Shown: piece by piece, positions 16,951 to 25,209 of the stretch
Layout of the letters: each line of letters opens with the position of its first letter
Position numbering within the stretch: position 1 is the stretch's first letter
Program-made: the position numbers and the translations under genes
Source: an uncultured Desulfarculales bacterium
GTDB taxonomy: Bacteria; Desulfobacterota; Desulfarculia; Desulfarculales; JAHJDS01
Direction of reading: 5' to 3'
Length of the DNA: 64,000 nucleotides
NCBI GenBank assembly: GCA_964569795.1
Contig: CAZMVB010000007.1
Span: 60,014-124,013, forward strand
The notes under the pieces: generated by a model
Told to the model about the DNA's origin: nothing
The model's database searches: none
What the model saw: the letters and a program-made list of their open reading frames with translations, nothing else

Positions 16951-18492
16951 TCACGATCCGGGGGGCGGGTCCTGGCGATTCAGGATCCCGGCCAGGCGGC
17001 CGGCCAGCCGGGCCGTGGCCCAGTGATTCATCAGGTAGAAAAAGTCGATCTCCGGACCGAAGAACCAGTAATCCCGCCGGGGCATGGCGATCCCCAGTTT
17101 CGACCACAGCCATTGAACCGCCCGGAAGTGCATGGCCTGCTCCAGCCGGAGCCGCGTCCGGCCGATGCCGTGATTTTTTTTTAGGTATTGGAAAAACTCG
17201 CGGCGGAGCCGGCGATTGACCGGCCACAGATACCGGTCGGACAGGAATTTCTTTTCCAGGGCAAAGGTGCCGCGCTCGACGCCGGCCTCCTCGGCGATGC
17301 GCCGGGGAATGGGCCGGTCGTAGTCGCCGCCCAGGCGCCAGGGGGCCATTTCCGCCGAGGCGGTGATCGCCTGTATCTGCTCGATGTTGTTGGCAAAGAT
17401 GAAGGGCACGGCCACGTGGATGAACCCGGCCTTGAGCCTGATCTCGGACAGGTTCAGGCCGGACAGGCACTGGCGTCTGATTTTGGAGTGGATGTACTTG
17501 GGATGGGTCCCCGGGGTCCACAGCAGGTCGCCGTGGTAGCCGGTGAACACGGCCGCCGCCTGACAGTGGCCCTGGATGTAGTCGGTCAGGGGGTGGTGGC
17601 CGATCTCGGACCAGTGGCCCGAGTGCCGCTTGGGGTAGTTGGTGGCCAGGAAGTAGAGTTCGTCCTCGGTGATCTGGTCTCGTCTGGCCTTGGGCACGAT
17701 GGGCGTAAGCCCCAGGGCCGAGACGACGGGGGCCGAGTTTTCCGTCCACTTGTGACCGATCAGCCGCTCCCAGGGCCGGTCCAGGCGCTCGCCGGCAAAG
17801 CAGTGGGTGACGCCCAGGTCCTTGACCAGGGTCGAGACGGCCGTGGAGTCGTATCCCTCGCTGACGGTGGTGAAGGCGGCCAGGGGCCGGTCCCGGTCCG
17901 GGCTGGCCAGGTTGTCCTTGATGCGCGTCAGGGCCGCCCGGAGCAGGGACAGGTAGGTCTCGAAGGAATCCAGGCGGTGGGTTCGGGTCCTCTCGCCAAA
18001 GGTGACGCCCTCAGGGGTGATGATCAGGTTTTCGTAGAAGACCTGATGGAAATAGTCGATGGTCGGATGGATCACCCGGAAACGGTCGTCGAAGCGATCG
18101 ACCCCCTTGAACACGCTCAGGCATTCCCGCCAGTAGTCGTGGTGATCGTCCAGCCGGGCGCCGGTCCCCGCCAGGAGCAGGATCAGGCTGTTGGACACCA
18201 GGTACCGGCCGTCGGCCTGGCAATACAGAATCCGGTCCACCGACCCGGTCGAGGCCGGGAAATAGGCGGCCTGGCCCTCGAGGCGGACGCCCGAGCCGAA
18301 AAAGGCCTCGCTGCGGTGGAACTCTCCGGCGGCGAAGTCGCCGTCCCAGACCCCCTCGACCGCCCAGTCGGCCCGGCACTCCACGGCCGGGCCGTGGGTG
18401 AGGGTGATCTCCCCGGTCGCGGGCTCGACCTCGGCCAGCCAGGCCAGCCGGGGAAGATCGGCGTTGGGGCGAAAGGTCAACCGGAAGGGCAA
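16951..18492 (-). CDS. hypothetical protein, distant asparagine-synthase/PP-loop-like
   Basis: 513-aa ORF with coherent composition. The central segment FTTVSEGYDSTAVSTL resembles an SGGxDS PP-loop. There is no N-terminal Cys2 nucleophile. The function call is weak. Confidence 0.6.
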   Translation of the reverse strand: MPFRLTFRPNADLPRLAWLAEVEPATGEITLTHGPAVECRADWAVEGVWDGDFAAGEFHRSEAFFGSGVRLEGQAAYFPASTGSVDRILYCQADGRYLVSNSLILLLAGTGARLDDHHDYWRECLSVFKGVDRFDDRFRVIHPTIDYFHQVFYENLIITPEGVTFGERTRTHRLDSFETYLSLLRAALTRIKDNLASPDRDRPLAAFTTVSEGYDSTAVSTLVKDLGVTHCFAGERLDRPWERLIGHKWTENSAPVVSALGLTPIVPKARRDQITEDELYFLATNYPKRHSGHWSEIGHHPLTDYIQGHCQAAAVFTGYHGDLLWTPGTHPKYIHSKIRRQCLSGLNLSEIRLKAGFIHVAVPFIFANNIEQIQAITASAEMAPWRLGGDYDRPIPRRIAEEAGVERGTFALEKKFLSDRYLWPVNRRLRREFFQYLKKNHGIGRTRLRLEQAMHFRAVQWLWSKLGIAMPRRDYWFFGPEIDFFYLMNHWATARLAGRLAGILNRQDPPPGS

Positions 18493-18616
18493 TGATTCGT
18501 TCCTCTTGCCATGGGGGTCGTCTGGAATTATAAACTACCAGGAGGCAGACGCTCCCACAAAGAATGTAGGGGGCGGTCCGGGGGTTGTCAACTCCGGAGG
18601 CGCCGCGGGATCGAGC

Positions 18617-19165
18617 GTGACCACCGAGATCGAGTACCACTTTCACCGGCCCGACCAGCTCCCGCCCGGGCTGTTCGACGAGATCTGCGGCCTGATCCAG
18701 ACCGTGGGCGCCATGCGGCCGGAGCGGGTCCGGGAGAACCTGTCCCGGGCCTTTCTGATCGGTTACGCCCAATGCCAAGGCCGGGTGGTGGGCACGGTCA
18801 CCCTCAAGCGACCCCGCCCGGAATACGTCCGCTGGGTCGAGTCCAACACCGGCCTCGACCTGGGGGAATTCCTGGAACGGGGCTATACCACGGTTTTGCC
18901 CGAATTCCGGGGCCTGAAGGTGGGGGCGACCCTGATCCGGGGACTGACCGAACGGGCCGGGGGGCGGCCGATCTACGTGGTCATCGCCCAGGACAACCTC
19001 CCCGCCCAGGCCCTGGCCCGGGGCAACGACACCCACCTCCAGGCCACCTATTTCAGCCCGAGCCTGGGCAAGGAGGTCGGGGTCTGGGTCCAACGCTACG
19101 GTCGGGACGGCCTGCCGGCGGCGCGGCCGGGGCCCGGTCCAAGTGGCCATTTTTCCAAGACCTGA
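18617..19165 (+). CDS. GNAT-like acetyltransferase-fold protein (start uncertain)
   Basis: The segment GRVVGTVTLKRP...LPEFRGLKVGATLIRGL resembles GNAT motif A. The track ORF starts at 18398, inside the opposing gene. The first plausible in-frame start after that gene is GTG at 18617. Confidence 0.5.
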   Translation: MTTEIEYHFHRPDQLPPGLFDEICGLIQTVGAMRPERVRENLSRAFLIGYAQCQGRVVGTVTLKRPRPEYVRWVESNTGLDLGEFLERGYTTVLPEFRGLKVGATLIRGLTERAGGRPIYVVIAQDNLPAQALARGNDTHLQATYFSPSLGKEVGVWVQRYGRDGLPAARPGPGPSGHFSKT

Positions 19166-19250
19166 TATGCTTTTTGGTGTAAATTGAGTGACGACCCAGC
19201 CGCGGGCCTGACGGGCAGGGTCGCGGCCGATGAACCGCTCGGGGAGAAAT

Positions 19251-21134
19251 ATGGCCAAGGTCTATCGGGGCCGGCGGGGACCGCGCCTGATCAAGCGCGG
19301 CCTGGCGGTGCTGGCCGCCTCGCTCCTGGCGCTGATCCTCATCGGGGGGATCGCCGGCCGCGGCAAGCTGTCCGACTGGGACCTGGCCTACCTCAACGTC
19401 GGCGTCCTGGAGGAGCCCAAGACGCTCAATCCGTGGCTGGCCACCGACACCTGGTCGCTGCGGGTGATGAGGCTGATCTACCAGCCGCTGATGATCCGCA
19501 ACCCCAAGATGAAGCTGATCCCCTGGCTGGCGGCCGGACCGCCCCTGCCGGAATACGGCCGGGCCACGATCCGATACTACCTGCATCGCATCGGGCGAAG
19601 GTCCCATCAGCCGTGGCTGATGCTGAACCTGCCCAGTTCCCGGGCCGGGGCCCTGACCTACCTGATCAAATTGCGCCAGGCCATGTGGTCGGACGGGACG
19701 CCCTTTACCGCCGCCGACGTCATTTTCACGGCCGATCTTATCCGCCGGTTCAAGGTGCCGACCCACTACGCCATGTGGGAGTTCGTGGAAAAGGTGGAAA
19801 GGGCCGGACTCCGGGCGGTCAGGTTTCATCTGTCCCGGCCCGAGCCGTCGTTCCTGCGGCGAACCCTGGTGGCCACGCCCATCGTCCAGCGCCGGCAGTG
19901 GGCCAAAATCGTCGCCCTGGCCCGCGAGGCCAGCTCGCCCCTGGTCCAGTTGATGCGCTACAACCTGGAAAGACCGGTCGGCCTGGGGCCCTTCGTCCTC
20001 AAGCAATGGCGGCACGGCGTCTATTTGTTCATGGTGCGCAACGACCGTTTCTTCGGCCGGGGCAGGGTCTTTTCCGGGATGCGGCTGGGGCCCCACATTC
20101 CGGGGATGATCATCAAGGTTTACGGCACCTCGGACGCGGCCATCCTGGCCCTGCGCAAGGGCGCCATCGACTTCTACTGGAACACCATCCTGCCCGGCTA
20201 CATTCGCCAGATCGAGGGCGAGCACGACATCAGGCTCTTCAACAACGAGAAGAGCGGCTTCTATTTCTTCGGATTCAACCTGCGCCGCCACCCCTTCGAC
20301 GACGTCAACTTCCGACGGGCGGTGGCGACGATGATCAACAAGAAGTTCATTGTCGAGCGCATACTCCAGAAGGCGGCCGAGCCCCTGGTGACCTTTGTGC
20401 CGGCCGGAAGCGACTACTTCTGTCCGGGTCTCAGGTCGTGCGGCGAGGGCCTCACCCTGGACCAGCGGATCAAGGCGGCCTACCACATTCTCAAACGGGC
20501 CGGTTACACCTGGCGCACCCCTCCGGTCACCGCCGGCGGCCGCATCGTCCAGGGCGATGGCCTGATTCGACCCGACGGCCGGCCGGTCCAGGAGTTCACC
20601 ATCCTCACCCCGCCGGCCGACTACGATCCGGGCCGGGCCATGGCCGGGATCATGATCCAGGAGTGGCTCCGGCTGATCGGGATCCCGGCCCTGGCCCGGC
20701 CCATGGGCTTCGGGGCCCTGGTCCATCGCGTCAAACAACGGCACGATTTCGCCACCTTTGTCTTCGGCTACGGCAACCTGAGGCCCTATCCCAGCTATCT
20801 GTGGGCCTTTTACCACTCTTCCCGGGACCAGCCCGGCGACTGGAACATGAGCGGTTACCGGTCCCGGCAGTTCGACCGCCTGGCCGATAGGGCCAAGCGG
20901 ACGGTCGATCACGCCCGGCAGCGGGAACTGGTGCACCAACTCCAGCGGATCCTGGTCCGGGACATCCCCTATTTCCCCCTGTACAACCCGCGCCTGGTGG
21001 AGGGAGTGCGGCGGGACCGGTTTCGAGGTTGGGTCATGATGCGCAACGGTATCGGTAACGTCTGGTCGTTCTGCCGGATAAGGCTGACGCCCGGGGACTC
21101 CCCGCCCCGCCGCGTCGGGTCGGCCCGCCCATGA
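19251..21134 (+). CDS. ABC transporter substrate-binding protein, peptide/nickel (family 5) type
   Basis: ATG at 19251 after GGGAGA. Signal-anchor sequence LAVLAASLLALILIG. SBP family 5-like body. First gene of a five-gene importer operon. Confidence 0.85.
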   Translation: MAKVYRGRRGPRLIKRGLAVLAASLLALILIGGIAGRGKLSDWDLAYLNVGVLEEPKTLNPWLATDTWSLRVMRLIYQPLMIRNPKMKLIPWLAAGPPLPEYGRATIRYYLHRIGRRSHQPWLMLNLPSSRAGALTYLIKLRQAMWSDGTPFTAADVIFTADLIRRFKVPTHYAMWEFVEKVERAGLRAVRFHLSRPEPSFLRRTLVATPIVQRRQWAKIVALAREASSPLVQLMRYNLERPVGLGPFVLKQWRHGVYLFMVRNDRFFGRGRVFSGMRLGPHIPGMIIKVYGTSDAAILALRKGAIDFYWNTILPGYIRQIEGEHDIRLFNNEKSGFYFFGFNLRRHPFDDVNFRRAVATMINKKFIVERILQKAAEPLVTFVPAGSDYFCPGLRSCGEGLTLDQRIKAAYHILKRAGYTWRTPPVTAGGRIVQGDGLIRPDGRPVQEFTILTPPADYDPGRAMAGIMIQEWLRLIGIPALARPMGFGALVHRVKQRHDFATFVFGYGNLRPYPSYLWAFYHSSRDQPGDWNMSGYRSRQFDRLADRAKRTVDHARQRELVHQLQRILVRDIPYFPLYNPRLVEGVRRDRFRGWVMMRNGIGNVWSFCRIRLTPGDSPPRRVGSARP

Positions 21135-22102
21135 AACGCTACTTCATTTCCCGCCTGCTGCAGATCCTGCTGGTCCTGTTCATTGTTCTGACCGTCCTGT
21201 TCATCCTGTTCCGGCTGGCCCCCGGCGACCCGGTGGACCGGATGGTCGATCCGAGCATGACCCCCAAGGATCAGGCCCACCTCAAGGCCGAGCTCGGCCT
21301 GGACCAGCCCATCCCCATCCAGTACCTGGTCTATCTCAAGAACTTCGTCACCGGCAATTTCGGGTACTCGTTCCACTACGGCAAGCCGGTGATCGACATC
21401 ATCGCCGACCGGCTGCCCAACACCATCCTCCTGTTCACGACGGCGGTGTTGCTGTCGGCCCTGGTGGGCGTGGCCTGGGGCAAGATCGCCGCCTGGAAAA
21501 AGGGCCACCCCCTGGACACCTCCCTGACCCTGGTCTCCCTGGTGACCCATACCCTGTTTCTGCCCTGGGTGGCCCTGCTGCTCATCTGGCTGCTGGGATA
21601 CAAGCTGGGCTGGTTCCCGATCAACGGCATGATCTCGGCCAAGGTCTGGCTGGACCCGAGCGCCGGCTTTCTGACCCGGGCGGCGGACATCCTGCACCAC
21701 ATGATCCTGCCCCTGGGGACCCTGTTCCTGCTCCAATTCGGGACCTACCTGCTGGTGATGCGCAGCTCGATGCTCGAGACCCTGCGCGAGGACTACATCA
21801 TGACCGCCCGGGCCAAGGGCCTGAGGGAAAAGGACATCCGCAACCGGCACGCCGCGCCCAACGCCCGCCTGCCGGTCATCACCAGCATCGGACTGTCGCT
21901 GGCCTTTTCCATCAACGGCGGGGCCATCACCGAGACCGTGTTCAGTTGGCCCGGCATCGGCCGGGAACTGGTCCGGGCGGTGAGCCAGAACGACTATCCC
22001 CTGGCCCAGGCCTCTTTCCTGCTCCTGTCCCTGGTGGTGCTGTTGTCGAACCTGGTGGTGGATTTGCTGTACGCCTATTTCGATCCCCGGATCCGGTACT
22101 GA
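21131..22102 (+). CDS. ABC transporter permease (DppB/OppB-like)
   Basis: Multi-TM protein with the conserved block YIMTARAKGL. Its start overlaps the stop of the SBP gene. Confidence 0.9.
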   Translation: MKRYFISRLLQILLVLFIVLTVLFILFRLAPGDPVDRMVDPSMTPKDQAHLKAELGLDQPIPIQYLVYLKNFVTGNFGYSFHYGKPVIDIIADRLPNTILLFTTAVLLSALVGVAWGKIAAWKKGHPLDTSLTLVSLVTHTLFLPWVALLLIWLLGYKLGWFPINGMISAKVWLDPSAGFLTRAADILHHMILPLGTLFLLQFGTYLLVMRSSMLETLREDYIMTARAKGLREKDIRNRHAAPNARLPVITSIGLSLAFSINGGAITETVFSWPGIGRELVRAVSQNDYPLAQASFLLLSLVVLLSNLVVDLLYAYFDPRIRY

Positions 22103-22113
22103 GGTCGCTGCGG

Positions 22114-23025
22114 ATGGTTTTCGACTCGCCCCCGAGCCGGCACCCCTGGGCCCAGCGTTTCCGAGAGGGCTGGGGCCTGTTCCGGCGCAACCTGTTCGGC
22201 CAGATCGGCCTGATCCTGCTGGGCCTGTTCGGCCTGATGGCCCTGCTCAGCTACCTGCCGCCCCTGATCGATCCGATGTACCACCCCATGGTCGGGGTGG
22301 ACCCCCAGATCATGCACACCACCGGACCCAGCTGGCGCCACTGGCTGGGAACGGACTTCATGGGCCGGGACATCCTGAGCCAGCTTCTGGCCGGGGCCCG
22401 GGTGGCGTTCATGGTCGGGGTGTCGGCCGCCTTCATGAGCATCGTCCTGGGAGGCTCGGTCGGGATGATCGCCGGATACGCCGGGGGATTCCTGGACACC
22501 CTGCTGATGCGGACGGCGGACATCATCATGGTCCTGCCGACGCTGCTGGTCATCCTGATGCTCAGCTCGTTGTTCGGGCAGTTGTCCATCGTGACCATCG
22601 TGGTGATGATCGCCCTGTTCCGCTGGCCGGGGGTCAGCCGGGTGATCCGGGCCCAGACCCTGTCCCTGAAGCAGCGGCCGTTCATCGACGCCGCCCGGGT
22701 GGCCGGGGCCTCCCACACCCGGATCATCTTCAAGCACATCATGCCCAACGTCCTGCCGCTGGCCTTCCTGTACATGACCTTCCGGGTGACCTCGGCCATC
22801 ATCATCGAGGCGGCCCTGTCCTTTCTGGGCTTCGGCGACCCGACCACGGTCAGTTGGGGAATGATGCTCCAGTGGGTCTGGAAGACGGGCCACATGTTCG
22901 AGGCCCCCTACTGGCTGCTGCCGCCGGGCATCTGCATTTCGCTGTTGACCTTGTCCTTTTACCTGCTGGGCCGGGCCATGGAAGAGGTCCTCAATCCCCG
23001 TCTGAGAAGCATGGAAGAGGGCTGA
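22114..23025 (+). CDS. ABC transporter permease (DppC/OppC-like)
   Basis: ATG at 22114 (MVFDSPPS...), just after the previous stop. Conserved block FIDAARVAGASHTRIIFKHIMPN. The track start at 21946 overlaps the upstream gene out of frame. Confidence 0.9.
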   Translation: MVFDSPPSRHPWAQRFREGWGLFRRNLFGQIGLILLGLFGLMALLSYLPPLIDPMYHPMVGVDPQIMHTTGPSWRHWLGTDFMGRDILSQLLAGARVAFMVGVSAAFMSIVLGGSVGMIAGYAGGFLDTLLMRTADIIMVLPTLLVILMLSSLFGQLSIVTIVVMIALFRWPGVSRVIRAQTLSLKQRPFIDAARVAGASHTRIIFKHIMPNVLPLAFLYMTFRVTSAIIIEAALSFLGFGDPTTVSWGMMLQWVWKTGHMFEAPYWLLPPGICISLLTLSFYLLGRAMEEVLNPRLRSMEEG

Positions 23026-23040
23026 TCGGGAGACGAAGCG

Positions 23041-24030
23041 TTGTCCCTGCTCGAGGTGGAACATCTGAGCGTCGGTTTTCGGACCTCCTTGGGGGTCCTC
23101 AAGGCGGTGGAGGACGTCTCGTTTCGGGTCGAGGCCGGCCGGTCCCTGGGACTGGTGGGCGAGTCCGGCTGCGGCAAGACGACCATCGGCCTGGCCTGCC
23201 TGGGCATCCTGCCCGAAAACGGCCGGGTCAGCGCCGGGCGGATCAGTCTGGACGGAGAGAACCTGCTGGACAAGTCCGAGGAGGAAATGCGGCACGTCCG
23301 CTGGAAGGACATCGCCATGATCTTCCAGGCGGCCATGAACGCCCTCAACCCCGTCCACCGGGTCGGTGACCAGATGGTCGAGGCCATCCTGACCCACCAG
23401 CCCGAGCTGTCCCCGGCCCGGGCCCGGCAGCGGGTCAGGGACCTCTACCAGCTCGTCGGCCTGTCCGCCGACCGGCTGGACGACTACCCCCACCAGTACA
23501 GCGGCGGCATGCGGCAGCGGGCGATCATCGCCATGGCCCTGGCCAACAACCCCAAGCTGATCATCGCCGACGAGCCGACCACGGCCCTGGACGTGATCGT
23601 CCAGGACCAGATCCTGCGCGAGACCAGGGTCCTCCAGCAGGAGTTCAACATCGGCATCATCTTCATCTCCCACGACATCTCGATCGTGGCCGAGGTCTGC
23701 GACGACATCGGGATCATGTACGCCGGCCAGCTGGTCGAGAGCGGCCCGGTGGAGGCGGTCCTGTACCACCCGGGACACCCCTACACCCGGGCCCTGGTGT
23801 CCTCCTTCCCCCGCTTGGAAGGGGAAAAGACCAAGCTGGCCCCCATCCCGGGCGAGCCGCCCAACCTGGTGGGGACCATCCCCGGGTGCCGGTTCTGCGA
23901 CCGGTGTCCCCAGCCCGAGTCGTCCTGCCGGCTGGCACCGCCCCAGTGGCAGGAGATGGGCCCGGAGCATCACGTTTTGTGCGACCACTGCGACGTTGCT
24001 CGGAACCGGAGGCCGGAAGGCAATGCCTGA
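23041..24030 (+). CDS. ABC transporter ATP-binding protein (DppD/OppD-like)
   Basis: Walker A GESGCGKT, signature YSGGMRQR, Walker B LIIADEPT. TTG start. Confidence 0.9.
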   Translation: MSLLEVEHLSVGFRTSLGVLKAVEDVSFRVEAGRSLGLVGESGCGKTTIGLACLGILPENGRVSAGRISLDGENLLDKSEEEMRHVRWKDIAMIFQAAMNALNPVHRVGDQMVEAILTHQPELSPARARQRVRDLYQLVGLSADRLDDYPHQYSGGMRQRAIIAMALANNPKLIIADEPTTALDVIVQDQILRETRVLQQEFNIGIIFISHDISIVAEVCDDIGIMYAGQLVESGPVEAVLYHPGHPYTRALVSSFPRLEGEKTKLAPIPGEPPNLVGTIPGCRFCDRCPQPESSCRLAPPQWQEMGPEHHVLCDHCDVARNRRPEGNA

Positions 24031-25039
24031 GGTCAGCCCCCGGACCGACGCCCCCCTGGTCCTGATGAGCCGGGTCAGCCGGTTCTACCGGACCCGGGTC
24101 GGCATCTTCGGCGGCCGGGGCCGGCTGGTGACCGCCCTCGACCGGGTCTCCCTGTCCTTTATGCCGGGCGAGATCTTCGGCCTGGTGGGCGAGTCGGGCA
24201 GCGGCAAGACCACCTGCGGCCGGCTCCTGGTCGGTCTCGAACGGCCCGATCAGGGCAGCATCCTGTTGAACGGCCGGGACATCACCGGCCTCAAGGGCCG
24301 GGCCTACCGGGCCTACCGGCGTCAGGTCCAGATGGTCTTCCAGGACCCCTACCAGTCGCTCAACCCCCAGCTGACCATCCTGGACAGCGTGTCCGAGCCG
24401 CTGATCACCAGCCGGATCTGCCGGCCCCACCAGCGGCGGGACCTGGTCCGGGAGGCCCTGCAGCACGTGGGCCTGTCCCCGCCCGACGATTTCCTGTACC
24501 GTTTTCCGCACCAGCTCTCCGGCGGCCAGCGCCAGCGGGTGGCCATCGCCCGGGCGATGATCGTCGATCCGGCCTGCGTCGTGGCCGACGAGCCGACCTC
24601 GATGCTGGACGCCTCGTACTCGGCCCAGATCTTCGAGATCCTGCTCGAGATGCGCCGCCGGTTCTCGACGACGGTCATCTTCATCACCCACTCCCTGGCC
24701 GCGGCCAGGTATCTGTGCGACCGGATCGCGGTCATCTACCGGGGCAGCCTGATGGAGCAGGGGCCGGCCACCCGGATCATCGAACACCCCCGCCATCCCT
24801 ACACCCGGGCCCTGCTGGACGCCACGCCCAAATTCGGGCGCGGCGCGGCGCCGCCGCGGTACGACACCCTGCTTCAGGCCGAACGGATTTCCAGCGGCGG
24901 CGGCTGCGCCTTCTATGCCCGCTGCCAGTGGGCCCGCCGCACCCGCTGCGCCCGCGAGGCCCCGGACTGGCGGGAAGTCGGCCCGGACCACGTCGCCGCC
25001 TGTCATTACCTCGAAACCGGGGCCGAAACCGAGACCTGA
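24023..25039 (+). CDS. ABC transporter ATP-binding protein (DppF/OppF-like)
   Basis: Walker A GESGSGKT, signature LSGGQRQR, Walker B VVADEPT. ATG at 24023 overlaps the upstream stop by 8 nt. Confidence 0.9.
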   Translation: MPEVSPRTDAPLVLMSRVSRFYRTRVGIFGGRGRLVTALDRVSLSFMPGEIFGLVGESGSGKTTCGRLLVGLERPDQGSILLNGRDITGLKGRAYRAYRRQVQMVFQDPYQSLNPQLTILDSVSEPLITSRICRPHQRRDLVREALQHVGLSPPDDFLYRFPHQLSGGQRQRVAIARAMIVDPACVVADEPTSMLDASYSAQIFEILLEMRRRFSTTVIFITHSLAAARYLCDRIAVIYRGSLMEQGPATRIIEHPRHPYTRALLDATPKFGRGAAPPRYDTLLQAERISSGGGCAFYARCQWARRTRCAREAPDWREVGPDHVAACHYLETGAETET

Positions 25040-25209
25040 TGTCCCGGCCGGACGGCCCTCGTCCGGGCGGGCCGGCCTGGTTGTCAACCAAGGCCACTGT
25101 AGTTATGATACGCTTGGCATGGCGGCGGCCTGGAAGAACGGGGCCGCCGGCCGGAAACGGGGTGGGCCGGTCGTCCGGGGCCGGCGGGCAGGGCGGATCA
25201 CCGAAATCC

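Noticed and set aside
19053-23988. Long minus-strand ORFs (19053-20939, 20969-21850, 22075-23988) and the off-frame plus ORF 19184-20890 across the ABC transporter operon
   Set aside because: The annotated plus-strand frames show Walker A/B motifs, ABC signatures, permease motifs and operon-style overlaps. The alternatives are compositional artefacts.
24715-25209. N-terminal extension of the track ORF 24715-28068, and similarly 32486-33115 for the sigma factor ORF and 21946-22113 for the permease
   Set aside because: The extensions overlap upstream genes in other frames, are Pro/Arg/Gly-rich, and precede internal ATGs that give family-typical N-termini.
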